Numbered from the stretch's first letter, positions 52,323 to 62,113 are shown. The stretch is 64,000 nucleotides of DNA from an uncultured cyanobacterium (GCA_963765575.1 CAVXWZ010000008.1:288001-352000); one strand, 5' to 3'. The notes: generated by a model from the sequence alone, not told the origin. Numbers and translations are program-made.

Positions 52323-53444
52323 TCAGCTGGTCCTGTAGAGCTCCTTGAGCAGCTGGTAGGCCTCATTGAGTCGACGCATCGTTTCCTCCGAGCCGCCGGA
52401 ATCGGGATGGTGCGCCAGGGCCATCTCGCGGTAGGCCTCCCGGATCTCGGGCAGGGTGAGACGGTGGCCGGGTGCGGTGGGCAACTGCAGCAGCTTGAGC
52501 GCGCCATGCAAGGTCATGGTGTGCTCCAGGGTCTGGAAGGAGGTGCCCTGGCGGCGGCGCCGGAACCGGTGCACAAAGCGCCGGATCTGGGTGGGGAGCC
52601 GCAGCTCCAGAGTGGAGCCGCCAAACGGATCCTCAAGGATCCCGGCGGCAACCATCACCCGCTCGAAACTGGCCGGTCCCGGCGGCCAAGCGGGGGCCAG
52701 GCTGCCCATCACCTCCCCGACCAGGGTCCAGCTGAAGGGCCTGCCTTCACTCTGGTCACACTGGGGCCAGATGTCCTGGGCCAGCCAGACCATCGCCGCC
52801 TCCAGCACCGCAGCGTTCGCAGGTTTGCCGTAGAGCTCCTGCCAGTGACTCGCAGCCCGATCGAGGGCCCGTTCGATCACCTGCTCCCCCAGTTGCGGCA
52901 GGGGGTCGATGGATTCCGTCGCCCCCTCAGCCGGCGCCTGCAGACTGCGGCGCACCTGCTCAGAGCGACGGCGAACAAAGCCCGGCAGATCAATGCCGCC
53001 CCCGCCGGCGGAGCGAGCCTGGCGGGGCAGCGCCCCCGCATCAGCTCTGGACAGCGCATCTGCCCGATCGGCGAGGTCGGGATCAAGCTGCAGATCCAGC
53101 ATCAGCTCACCGCCGCCCTCGCGCGCCACGAGCACCAGGCTGCCCCGTTCATCGAACAGCCCCGGCTGCTCCACCTCAGCCAGAGGTCCGGCTTCGGCGG
53201 GCGCCGCCGGGTCGCTGGCCACGCTGCTGGCGCTGCCAGCGGCTGCGTCTCCTGGCAACCCTTCCAGCTCAAGGTCGCCGCCCTCAGGCGCGAGGATGTT
53301 GCCCAGGAGGCGCTCGACAATGGCGCCGCGGCTGCGCAGGCCGTATTCGCCCTTGAGGGCGTCGAGGCGTGCCACCAGTTCAGCACTGAGCTTGAGCTGA
53401 ATGCTGCGCTGGGCTGGATGGCTGGGCTGGGCGTCCTCGCTCAC
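52323..53444 (-). CDS. Ribbon-helix-helix + C-terminal J-domain protein
   Basis: SIQLKLSAELVARLDAL..YGLRSRGAIVERLL; IREAYREMALAHHPDSGGSEETMRRLNEAYQLL. Confidence 0.85.
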   Translation of the reverse strand: MSEDAQPSHPAQRSIQLKLSAELVARLDALKGEYGLRSRGAIVERLLGNILAPEGGDLELEGLPGDAAAGSASSVASDPAAPAEAGPLAEVEQPGLFDERGSLVLVAREGGGELMLDLQLDPDLADRADALSRADAGALPRQARSAGGGGIDLPGFVRRRSEQVRRSLQAPAEGATESIDPLPQLGEQVIERALDRAASHWQELYGKPANAAVLEAAMVWLAQDIWPQCDQSEGRPFSWTLVGEVMGSLAPAWPPGPASFERVMVAAGILEDPFGGSTLELRLPTQIRRFVHRFRRRRQGTSFQTLEHTMTLHGALKLLQLPTAPGHRLTLPEIREAYREMALAHHPDSGGSEETMRRLNEAYQLLKELYRTS

Positions 53445-53465
53445 AGGTGCTGGGATCGCAACGGT

Positions 53466-55088
53466 TCAGTTGCCCAGCAGACCGCGCATCACCTCCTGCT
53501 GGGCCTCCACCGCCTCCTGGTAACGCTCAAGTGCGCCGGGTCTGACGCCGGGTACCCGCGCCGGAGCACCCTGGGGGATGTTGGCCGGTGGGCGGTAGGC
53601 CTCCCGGCGTTGGGGCGGGACGACAGCTGGCTGGGGCGCTGCGGGACGAGCCTGGGGTGCTGCGGGACGGACCTGGGGCCGGGCAGGCGCAGCGGCGGCG
53701 GCCGCAGGTCGTGGTCGGGGCATCGGACGCGGAGCCGCTGCCGGCGCAGGGGCGGCTGGCGCCGCCGCCTGGATGGCCTGGCGCGCCTGGACCATGGCCA
53801 GCTGGCTGGAGGGAACCACACTCAGCAGGTGACCTGGGGTGGCATCAGCGGGGTAGACCAAACTGATGCGCACCGGATTGCTGACGTTGGGCTCGAGATT
53901 GAGGGTGGTGAGCGCATAACTATCCCCCGACTGCATGCCCAGGTGCATCTCCTCGAGGCCAGCTTTGGTGCGCACCTGCAGGGACCCCCGGAAGGCCGTG
54001 AAGCGAGGCGTTCCTGCCCGGCTGGTGGGATGGCTCATGACCAGTTCGTAGGGACCATTGCCATAGAGCTCCAGATCGATATCGAATCGCACCCCATAGG
54101 TCCCGACGTTATCAAGAGAGGAATCAATCATCCTCACCGCAAGGGGATTCACCTGCACATCACCCGTGCCGAAATCGGTTCGGCTGGTGCTGGTCAAGGG
54201 CACGTGCAGCGGGCCCTGCTGGCGCAGGTCGTGGCTGATGGTGGCTGTGTAGGTGTCACCGATGGCCACACCGCCAACCCGCGAGAACACGCGCCGACTA
54301 CGGATGTCGCCCAGCATGTCCAAGTAAACCCGGCCTGGCGCCAGCCGGCGGCGGTCGAGCAACGCCACCAGATCGGCATTGCTACGTGGGTTGGATGCCG
54401 CCACCACGGCCATCTGGAAGGGCCCATTGCTACGGCCGCGCAGGAGTGCGTTGGCGATGCCCAGGGCCGGCAACTGGGTGCTCACCAGCACAATTCGGCT
54501 GCGGGGCGGAATCACCACCGACTCCTTGAGATCCTCATCAAGACTGCCGCGCAGCATCTGCACCGCCGTGGCATCCCCGGGTCCGGTGTTCCAGGGCCGC
54601 CGGCCCAGGGGTCTGACACCCATCTTGAAGGTGCCGAGGTAAGGCGCCTGGAAACTGTTGCGCACAGCGCCCCGTTCGAACTGCACCGACACCGGGCGGG
54701 TGCCGGGATTGATCAGAATCAACCCCAGGGTGAGCTCGGTGCGCCGCTCGTTGGGCCTGATCTGGCGGCGGTAATCGGGGAAGTACTTGTGGTGCATGTG
54801 CACCCCGAATTCACCGTTGAAGGTGTAGGTGGCATTCTGCAGCGCTCGGCCGGTTTCAGCGGCGTACGACACCCCCGGCTCCGTGGTGATCAGGATGCCT
54901 GGCCCCGCCACTTCCTCCGGCTGGTTGGAATGCAGCACGGGCACCGCGTTGAAGGTGCCCTTCAGGGGGCGGGCCCGCTGGCCGGCCATCAGGGGCACGG
55001 CGGCCTGGGCCGGGGTTGCCGGTGCCAGCACGGCCACGGCCAGCAGACCGGCCGCCAGCGGGCGCAGGGAGAGCGGGACGACGAACAT
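53466..55088 (-). CDS. DUF3370-family exported protein with Pro/Ala-rich tail
   Basis: Signal peptide; VLHSNQPE...GIL, GTYGVRF, YPADATP. Confidence 0.75.
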   Translation of the reverse strand: MFVVPLSLRPLAAGLLAVAVLAPATPAQAAVPLMAGQRARPLKGTFNAVPVLHSNQPEEVAGPGILITTEPGVSYAAETGRALQNATYTFNGEFGVHMHHKYFPDYRRQIRPNERRTELTLGLILINPGTRPVSVQFERGAVRNSFQAPYLGTFKMGVRPLGRRPWNTGPGDATAVQMLRGSLDEDLKESVVIPPRSRIVLVSTQLPALGIANALLRGRSNGPFQMAVVAASNPRSNADLVALLDRRRLAPGRVYLDMLGDIRSRRVFSRVGGVAIGDTYTATISHDLRQQGPLHVPLTSTSRTDFGTGDVQVNPLAVRMIDSSLDNVGTYGVRFDIDLELYGNGPYELVMSHPTSRAGTPRFTAFRGSLQVRTKAGLEEMHLGMQSGDSYALTTLNLEPNVSNPVRISLVYPADATPGHLLSVVPSSQLAMVQARQAIQAAAPAAPAPAAAPRPMPRPRPAAAAAAPARPQVRPAAPQARPAAPQPAVVPPQRREAYRPPANIPQGAPARVPGVRPGALERYQEAVEAQQEVMRGLLGN

Positions 55089-55352
55089 CAGGCGCTGGGT
55101 TGGTCGGGGGCGGGACAGGGAATCGCTGGTCCAGGGCACGGTGAAGACCTGGAGAATGCGTCGGCAGAGGCGCTGAGACGAGAAACCCCTGGGGATCGGG
55201 TCGCGCTCGTCCTGGCCAGGGCGTCGCCTCAGGCTGGGCCAGCGTAGGTGGGGACGGCGCAGCGGAGGCCCAGGGGTGCCGCCGGTGGTGATGGAAGCCT
55301 CCCGTTCAACCCGTCGCCCTGGCTAGAACCATTGCATCTGAACCCTTATGCC

Positions 55353-55547
55353 ATGTTCCCTCCTCTGGGTTGCTGCCGTGACGACGGCGCCGCCGGCAGT
55401 GGCCTGCGCCGCCACCAGGAGCGCAAGCTGAGGATGCTGCGCTTCTGGCGGGATGGCGCCGAACGCCAGCTGGCGGCACTGGAAGCCGCCATCAACACGC
55501 TGGAACGGCAGATGCGGCGTGACGAGGGTCAGCAGCCCCAGGCCTGA
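55353..55547 (+). CDS. Small hypothetical coiled-coil protein (64 aa)
   Basis: MFPPLGCC...ERKLRMLRFWRDGAERQLAALEAAINTLERQM. Confidence 0.65.
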   Translation: MFPPLGCCRDDGAAGSGLRRHQERKLRMLRFWRDGAERQLAALEAAINTLERQMRRDEGQQPQA

Positions 55548-56244
55548 GCAGCTGCCGCAACCGCTCCAGGCCGCGGCGCAACCGGCGCTGCACGGTCATC
55601 GGGCTGATCTGGAGCACAGCGGCGGTGCGGCGGTAGCTCCAGCCCGCCAGCACCACCCGTTCCACCACCGTCCGCAGGGGCTCCTCCAGCTGGCTGAGCA
55701 GGGCCGACATGTCGGTGCCACCGGTGTCTCCGTCCGCTTCCGCGGCCAGGTTCACGGCCCCCTCCGGCCTGTCTTCCGCCAGCGCCTCATCCAGGCTCAG
55801 GGGCCGCTGCAGCGGCAGTGAGATTTCCAGCTGCTGCCACTGCCGCGGGTTCAGTCCCATGGCCTGCCGCAGCTGCTCGGCCGTCGGCTCGCCGCCGTGC
55901 TGGCAGGGCCATTGGCGGCGCAGTCGGCTGAGCTGCTGGCGCCGCTCGTCCAGGCGACGGGGCAACCGCACCGGAGCCGCCAGGTCGCGGAGATAGTGAA
56001 GGATGGCGCCACGCACATGGGGCCGGGCAAAGGCGGCGAAGGGAGTGTTGCTGCCGGCGTGGTAGAGCTCCGCGGCCCGCACCAGGCCCAGCATTCCCAC
56101 CTGGATGAGGTCGTCCAGCGGCTCGGGGCAGCGCTGCTGATAGTGCCGGGCGATCGGGCGCACCAGCTCTCGGTATTGCTCAATGCGGCGGTTGCGGCGT
56201 TGGATGCAGCGGGGCAGGGCCGCAGCGGTGGATTGGATGGCCAT
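55492..56244 (-). CDS. Group 3 (SigF-like) sigma-70 factor
   Basis: DDLIQVGMLGL, RGAILHYLRD, VRLPRR, PLSLDE, ISPMTVQRRL. Confidence 0.88.
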   Translation of the reverse strand: MAIQSTAAALPRCIQRRNRRIEQYRELVRPIARHYQQRCPEPLDDLIQVGMLGLVRAAELYHAGSNTPFAAFARPHVRGAILHYLRDLAAPVRLPRRLDERRQQLSRLRRQWPCQHGGEPTAEQLRQAMGLNPRQWQQLEISLPLQRPLSLDEALAEDRPEGAVNLAAEADGDTGGTDMSALLSQLEEPLRTVVERVVLAGWSYRRTAAVLQISPMTVQRRLRRGLERLRQLLRPGAADPRHAASAVPAC

Positions 56245-56352
56245 AAAAAGAGATGGAAGGGGATGACGCATCCAGCAGGAGGCGTCTCTTTCCACAGAGC
56301 TGCAGACGGGGGCCAGGGCGCAACCGTGAAATCACGGAATCTCGCCAGACGA

Positions 56353-57246
56353 TCAGAGCCCGGGCCGGCGGGGGGTGGAGACCTGTCGCAGCAGCTCCCA
56401 GGGGCCGTGATCCAGCAGCCAGGGCAGGTCGGAGCGCTCAGTGACCAACAGGTAGCCGGCGAAGCCGAGGGCGTTGAGGCTGAAGCCCGCGCCGTGCTCC
56501 CGCTGCCGCCGTACCGCCAGAAACCAGTGGTCGTCGAACAGCAGGTTGTAGGGATGGCGGGGCTGGGGATCGTGCTGGGGATCGCCCAGATCCAGTGCCC
56601 TGGCATGGGCCGCGTAGAGCTGCCGAAGCTCCCCGGCCCTGGCCTCCTCGCTGGCTGATCCATGGCCGTGCTCACGGCGGCTGAGGGCATAGCGCCAGGG
56701 CCAGGGGCTGGCGTCACCCGCAGACCCCTCGCACTGCTGGCGATCGTCGAGTTGCTGGCGATAGACGGGGGCCAGGGGACAGCTGGCCTCCCCCTGCCGG
56801 CGGGGCAGCAGCTGCAGATGGCGGTGGGGCTGGCTGGCACCGGCGGCCGCACAGCTGTTGAAGAACCAGAGGCCACCGGTATCCGCTGCCACGTGGGCCA
56901 CCGCCTGCCAGTCGCGGCGCCGCAGCCAGCCCGACTGGGGCTGCCAGTGCTGGGTGATCAGCAGCACGTGGCCGGGCTGCACGGGGTATTTGTTGAGCAG
57001 CACCACATGCTGGTCGCCCAGGCGCCGCACCTCCAGTGCCGACTCCCAGGGCAGGAAGGGATTGGGCTTCGGGCCGCCACCGCGCAGGTGCCTGGGGGTG
57101 CGGCTGAGCAGGCGGCGGAGGCTGAAGGGCGCCAGCCGCGGCTCAGCCAGCACTTCGGTGCTCAGGGGCACCAGATCACCACTGGCCTGGGCCCGCCGGG
57201 AGCGCTCCAGGGCCTCCTGCCAGATCCGTTCAGCCCGCGCCGCCAC
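56353..57246 (-). CDS. ATP adenylyltransferase (Ap4A phosphorylase)
   Basis: NPFLP, LNKYPV, AGASQPHRHLQ, NALGFAG. Confidence 0.88.
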   Translation of the reverse strand: MAARAERIWQEALERSRRAQASGDLVPLSTEVLAEPRLAPFSLRRLLSRTPRHLRGGGPKPNPFLPWESALEVRRLGDQHVVLLNKYPVQPGHVLLITQHWQPQSGWLRRRDWQAVAHVAADTGGLWFFNSCAAAGASQPHRHLQLLPRRQGEASCPLAPVYRQQLDDRQQCEGSAGDASPWPWRYALSRREHGHGSASEEARAGELRQLYAAHARALDLGDPQHDPQPRHPYNLLFDDHWFLAVRRQREHGAGFSLNALGFAGYLLVTERSDLPWLLDHGPWELLRQVSTPRRPGL

Positions 57247-58219
57247 CGGCTTGAAGGCGGGCCAGGGAGGCACCCTGGTAGTAGTGACCGAGGATCTGGT
57301 TGTAGGTGCGCCCCTGGCGGGCCAGATCGTGGGCGCCGTGCTGGCTCATGCTCGCCCCCAGGTGACCGTGGGCCTCCCGGGTGATCTGGTAGGTGGCGGC
57401 ATAGAGGCTCTCGACGATCGCCCCCTGGTAGCTGAGGATCAGCCCGGCGGTGCTGTCGGCGGCCTGGCGGGTGCGCTCATGGACGCTGCCCAGGCCCTGG
57501 TAGGCCTGCCAGCGGGTGGTGTCACCCAGGTGCCAGTGGGGGTCGGCAGGACGGGCCATGTGGGCGAGGGCATAGGAGCGCGCGGCCACGGCCTGGGCCC
57601 GCAGGGCCTCCATCGACCAGCTGCTGGGCATCTCGGCCCCCACCACCGAACTGATGTAGCGCTCCAGGCCAAGGTGGTTCACGACCCGCAGGCGACCGTC
57701 CTGCAGCAACAGGCGCAGGCGTCCCGCATAGGGTCGGCCGTTGACCAGCAGGGCCGGCCCGCCGCTCTGCAACCAGGCTTCCGGTCCAGCGGACCAGAGG
57801 CCACCGAGCTGCACCGGCTCACCGGCAGCACCCTGCTGGAGCACGGCGCCATCGCGGCTGAGCAGCTGCCAGGGGCCCTGGGCCGAGAGGCGCGGTGCGG
57901 CACCAGCCCCCAGCAGCGCCACCCGGATCTCCAGGTCCACGGCCTCGGCGGCGGCCGGCTCCACCAGGGTGGGGACCCCGGCCGGGGCGGTGGGCGCCGG
58001 GCCACCATCGCTCTGGACCACAGCTCGCTGGGCCTGCAGATTGCGCAGTTGCTGGGCAGTGCTGAAGGTGTCGACCCGGCTGGCCGGCGGCGGTGCCTCC
58101 AGCAGCGTGTCGAGCAGATCGCCCTGGCTCACGGCCTGGGGTCTGGGGGCCAGGCCCTGGGCCAGGTAACCCACGCTGATGGCGATCAGCGCCATGGGCG
58201 TCAACGTGAGCATCTGCAT
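57230..58219 (-). CDS. SpoIID/LytB domain protein (start uncertain)
   Basis: VVGAEMPSSW, ALRAQAVAARSYA, MSQHGA, ILGHYY. Confidence 0.85.
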   Translation of the reverse strand: MQMLTLTPMALIAISVGYLAQGLAPRPQAVSQGDLLDTLLEAPPPASRVDTFSTAQQLRNLQAQRAVVQSDGGPAPTAPAGVPTLVEPAAAEAVDLEIRVALLGAGAAPRLSAQGPWQLLSRDGAVLQQGAAGEPVQLGGLWSAGPEAWLQSGGPALLVNGRPYAGRLRLLLQDGRLRVVNHLGLERYISSVVGAEMPSSWSMEALRAQAVAARSYALAHMARPADPHWHLGDTTRWQAYQGLGSVHERTRQAADSTAGLILSYQGAIVESLYAATYQITREAHGHLGASMSQHGAHDLARQGRTYNQILGHYYQGASLARLQAGGGAG

Positions 58220-58239
58220 GGCCACGGGAGGGCGCAGCC

Positions 58240-59223
58240 TCAGGCCAGCAGGGAGTGCCAGGCGGCCTCTGCCGAACCCTTGGCGCCAGCCCCTGGCTCC
58301 AAGGGTGGCAACCCTGAGCCGCAGACGGCCGATGGCCGTACGGCCGCGGGCCAAGGCTCCAATCGCAAATGTCCGTCCCACAGCAGATGACCAGCACCGC
58401 ACAGGCGGATCATGCCTGAAGACGCCGCTCCGCACACCATTCCCCCGGGCCGATGGGAACACTGCCAGCCCACCACCTCCGCCAGACCCAGCCGCTGCAG
58501 CCACCAGGGCGCCACCAGGGCGTGGGCCGAACCGGTCACCGGATCTTCCGGAATGCCCAGGCCCGGGGCCAGAAAACGCAGCTGGTAGTGGCAGGGTCTG
58601 CCCAGCACCGTCGGGACGGCGCCGGACGGCAGGGCCTGCATCAGCACCAGCCCCGCACGCACCGCTGCGGGCAGATCGGCGGCGGGCAGCTGGGCCTCGG
58701 CCAGGGGCACCTCCGGGGCCAGCAACACCACCCGGTAGTTGAGCCCGGAGTGCCAGCAGGCCTCAGGCGCGGCGCCCAGGTGGCGCTGCAGGTAGGCGAG
58801 CAGCTCCGGCTCAGCGGCCACCGGCTGGAGGGCACCGGCGGGCAGCTCGATCAGCGCCGCCCCAGGCCGTTCCCCATTGAGCTCCACGGCCAGCGGACCG
58901 CTGCGGCTGTGCAGCGCCAGGCGCTGGCCCCGCTGCAGAGCCCCCCAGTGCCCGAGGGCCAGGGTGGCGGCCAGGGTGGCGTGGCCGCAGAGGTTCACTT
59001 CACAGCTGGGGGTGAACCAGCGCAGCAACCAGTGGGGGCCTGCCGGGAGCAGGAAGGCCGTTTCCGACTGCTGGAGGCTGCCGGCAACGGCTTGCAGCAC
59101 GACCTCGTCGAGGGGGTCATGCAGCAGCACCACAGCGGCGCCGTTGCCGCTGCAGGGGCGCTCGGCGAAGGCTTCCACCAGCAGGGCGGGCAGGGCTCCA
59201 TTGGGCTGGGCGGCGACGGTCAT
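58240..59223 (-). CDS. PhzF-family isomerase
   Basis: GNGAAV, SETAF, RWFTP..EVNLCGHATLA, EDPVTGSA. Confidence 0.88.
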   Translation of the reverse strand: MTVAAQPNGALPALLVEAFAERPCSGNGAAVVLLHDPLDEVVLQAVAGSLQQSETAFLLPAGPHWLLRWFTPSCEVNLCGHATLAATLALGHWGALQRGQRLALHSRSGPLAVELNGERPGAALIELPAGALQPVAAEPELLAYLQRHLGAAPEACWHSGLNYRVVLLAPEVPLAEAQLPAADLPAAVRAGLVLMQALPSGAVPTVLGRPCHYQLRFLAPGLGIPEDPVTGSAHALVAPWWLQRLGLAEVVGWQCSHRPGGMVCGAASSGMIRLCGAGHLLWDGHLRLEPWPAAVRPSAVCGSGLPPLEPGAGAKGSAEAAWHSLLA

Positions 59224-60162
59224 GGCTGGGGCTGCAGGGCCTCGGGCCGCAGTTGCCGCTCCATCAGCGCCCGGGCGGCCTCCGCGGGCGTGGTGCGGCC
59301 CTCGATCACGGCCACCACCTGCTCGCAGATCGGCAGGCTCCACCTGCGGCGACTCGCCAGGACCAGGCTGGCGCGGGCGGTGCGGGGACCCTCCACGGTG
59401 GCGCCGATGCGCCTGCAGGCGTCCTCAATCCCCAGTCCTTCAGCCAACAGCAGGCCGCAGCGGTAGTTGCGGCTCAGGGGGCTGGTGGCGGTGGCCAGCA
59501 AGTCCCCCAGGCCCGCCAGGCCGTAGAGGCTGGCGGGTGAGCCCCCCAGCCCCTCCAGCACCAGCCCCATTTCCGCCAGGCCACGGGTGAGCAGCGAGGC
59601 CCGGGCGTTGGCACCCAGCTGCAGTCCGTCGCAGAGACCGGCCGCCACCGCCATCACGTTCTTGAGGGCGCCGGCCACCTCCGTGCCCACGGGGTCGTCG
59701 TTGGTGTAAAGGCGCAGGTTGGCCCCACTCAGGTGCGGCTGCAGCGCGGCGGCCACCGCCACCTGCTCGCTGGCCAGCACGCTGGCGGCCGGCAGCCCAC
59801 GGGCCAGTTCGGCGGCCAGGTTGGGGCCACTCAGCACCAGCAGGGGCGCCCGCAGGCCGTGGTCAGCCCAGATGCGGCTGGCGGTGGTCAGGCGGTCCAG
59901 GTCAAGGCCCTTGCTGCAGCTCAGCAGCGGCAGGGCAGCGGGCCAGCGGTGGGCCAGCCTCTCGGCCAGGGGGCTGACCCCGGCCATGGACACCGCCACG
60001 ACCCCCAGATCGGCAGCCGCCAGGGCAGCGGCGGGATCACCGCCGTCCCGCCGTGACCAGCTGCACAGCTGGTGGCCCTGGCGCTGCCAGAGCTCCGCCA
60101 GGGTGCCGCCCCAGGCACCCCGGCCCAGAACGGATGATGCGCAGGGGCTTGCGCGGGGCCAT
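59220..60162 (-). pseudogene. gpsA: NAD(P)H-dependent glycerol-3-phosphate dehydrogenase, frameshifted near the 5' end (~60135)
   Basis: VLGRGAWG, SKGL, SGPNLA, GALKNV, GLGDL..T..S..SRN; ATG is out of frame with the body. Confidence 0.75.
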
Positions 60163-60224
60163 CGGCGGCGTCATCGCGGCGGCTGAGGCTTGCCATCATG
60201 CGCCTCCGCGCCCGTGGAGGGGCT

Positions 60225-61004
60225 GTGACCACAACGACGGACTGGCAGCTGCGGCAGTGGCGAGGCCGGGCCCTGGTGGTGGGCTGTGGCGGCATCGGTG
60301 TCGCCCTGCTGGCGGCCCTGGCCCGTCGCTGCCCCCAGCTGCAGCTGCTGGGGACCAGCCGTCGGCCGGGCCCACTGGGCGGAGACGACCTGGCGGAGAG
60401 CGGGGAGGCTCTGGCGGCGGTGCCCGTGCTGCCCCTGGATCTGGAAGACGACTCCAGCCTGGCGGCCCTGGCGCAGCGCTTGGCGGACGGTCCACCCCTG
60501 CGGCTGGTGATCCACACCGCCGGCCTGCTGCAGGACGGTGCCCTGCGACCGGAGAAGCGCCTCGCCCAGGTGCAGCGCCGCCACCTGGAGCGCAGCTTCG
60601 CGGTGAATGCCTTCGCGCCGCTGTTGCTGGCGCAGGCGATCGAACCGCTGCTGCCCCGCGATCAGCCCTTCCACCTCGCCAGCCTCTCGGCGCGGGTGGG
60701 CAGCATCGGCGACAACCACCTCGGCGGCTGGTACGCCTACCGGGCCGCCAAGGCCGCCCAGAATCAGCTGCTGCGCACCCTGGCGCTGGAGTGGCAGCGG
60801 CGCCTGCCGCTGGGCTGCGTGAGCCTGCTGCACCCGGGCACCACGGCCACGGCCCTCTCGGCCCCATTCCGCACCAACGTGCCCGCAGCACAGCTGTTCA
60901 GCCCCACGCGGGCGGCGGGGCACCTGCTCGACGTGCTCGAGGGGCTGAGCGCGGCGGACAGTGGCCGCTTCTGGGCCTGGGACGGCCAGCCGATTCCCTG
61001 GTGA
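60225..61004 (+). CDS. Short-chain dehydrogenase (CsgA/C-factor-like)
   Basis: GCGGIG, PEKRL, SARVGSIGDN.LGGWYAYRAAKAA, LHPGT. Confidence 0.88.
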   Translation: MTTTTDWQLRQWRGRALVVGCGGIGVALLAALARRCPQLQLLGTSRRPGPLGGDDLAESGEALAAVPVLPLDLEDDSSLAALAQRLADGPPLRLVIHTAGLLQDGALRPEKRLAQVQRRHLERSFAVNAFAPLLLAQAIEPLLPRDQPFHLASLSARVGSIGDNHLGGWYAYRAAKAAQNQLLRTLALEWQRRLPLGCVSLLHPGTTATALSAPFRTNVPAAQLFSPTRAAGHLLDVLEGLSAADSGRFWAWDGQPIPW

Positions 61005-61028
61005 GCGGCCAGGCCTGGGCCGCAGGGC

Positions 61029-61406
61029 TCAGGCGGCGTGCTCGCGCAGCAGTTCCAGGGGAATGATTTCCAGTGTGCTCTGTTCGGTGGCCACCAGGCT
61101 CACCGGCGGCGCCATGCCGTCCTCCTGGGCCTCCAGCCAGCGGGGGGCACAGACGCACCAGTGATCACCCGGCCTGAGCCCCGGAAAGCCGTACTGCGGC
61201 GCCGGGGTGGAGAGGTCGTTGCCCTGGGCGCGGCTGTAGCTGAGAAAGGCCTCGTTGACCACGCAGCACACGGTGTGACGACCCAGGTCCGACCCATTGG
61301 TGCGGCAGCTGCCATCGCGCAGCCAGCCTGTCATCGGCGCGCAGCTGCAGAGCTCCAGGGGCTCGCCGAGGACGTTGAGGGCCAGGGTGGCGGTGGACTC
61401 AACCAT
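61029..61406 (-). CDS. DUF2237 family protein
   Basis: NVLGEPL..C, TGWLRDGSC, GNDLSTP, GDHWCVCAPRW. Confidence 0.88.
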   Translation of the reverse strand: MVESTATLALNVLGEPLELCSCAPMTGWLRDGSCRTNGSDLGRHTVCCVVNEAFLSYSRAQGNDLSTPAPQYGFPGLRPGDHWCVCAPRWLEAQEDGMAPPVSLVATEQSTLEIIPLELLREHAA

Positions 61407-61555
61407 GGGGTGTGAGGGGGGCAGCCACCAGTCTGGTCAGCGCATTCAGGAACCGGGACCGGGCGCAAACCTGGCCCAGGAGGTTGACGGATTCAGGGGG
61501 TGAGGCGTTAAAGGTCGGTGACGCGTTTCTCCCCGTCTTTCAGCGCGCCCCCTAC

Positions 61556-61783
61556 ATGAGCTGGGAATTCACCGAAGATGCGGCCTTTCTGGCCCTGTGC
61601 GATGCCTACAAGGAAAGCGGGGAACCCTCTGCCGTTGAATTTCTCGCCCATGGCGAAGGCGCCTTTCACTTTCAGGAACTCACCCAGAACGCGGCCGGCG
61701 AAGGCCTCGACCTGAGTGATTCCAGCAATCTGGAGGGCTTCCAGCAGGACGTGATCGACGCCCTCGAGGAGATGTGCAGCTGA
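61556..61783 (+). CDS. Small acidic hypothetical protein (75 aa)
   Basis: MSWEFTEDAAFLALCDAYKESG; coding-like, fills the gap between two minus-strand genes. Confidence 0.7.
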   Translation: MSWEFTEDAAFLALCDAYKESGEPSAVEFLAHGEGAFHFQELTQNAAGEGLDLSDSSNLEGFQQDVIDALEEMCS

Positions 61784-61787
61784 GGGC

Positions 61788-62060
61788 TCAGCCGTAGAAA
61801 AAGGCGATCTCCTTCGCCTTCAACCCTTCCCAGCCAGCGGCCTTCAGGCGTCCATCGAGGCTGGCCTGATCGAGGTGTTTGGAGCCGGTCTTGACCACCC
61901 GGTTGCGCATTGACTTGGTCACGCCGCTGCGGGCCCGACGGCTCTCCAGCTCCATCACCTCGTTGTAGAGCTCCAGCATCTCGGTCGGGATGGGGGTGCC
62001 ATCGAGATCGACGCCCGCCTTGATGGCGGCGTCGACTCCGTCGGGTCCGGCAATGGCCAT
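61788..62060 (-). CDS. DUF4090-like conserved cyanobacterial protein
   Basis: GVDLDGTPIP, VMELE..RARSGV..SMRNRVV. Confidence 0.75.
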   Translation of the reverse strand: MAIAGPDGVDAAIKAGVDLDGTPIPTEMLELYNEVMELESRRARSGVTKSMRNRVVKTGSKHLDQASLDGRLKAAGWEGLKAKEIAFFYG

Positions 62061-62113
62061 GGGGTGATCGGGGGGGTGAGTGGTGGGGGTGGGACTGCGA
62101 GCGGGGGCGGGCG

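Noticed and set aside
51394..52348. Short ORFs in the apcD-downstream gap
   Set aside because: Mutually overlapping, no motifs, no host-like codon bias; a microprotein cannot be fully excluded
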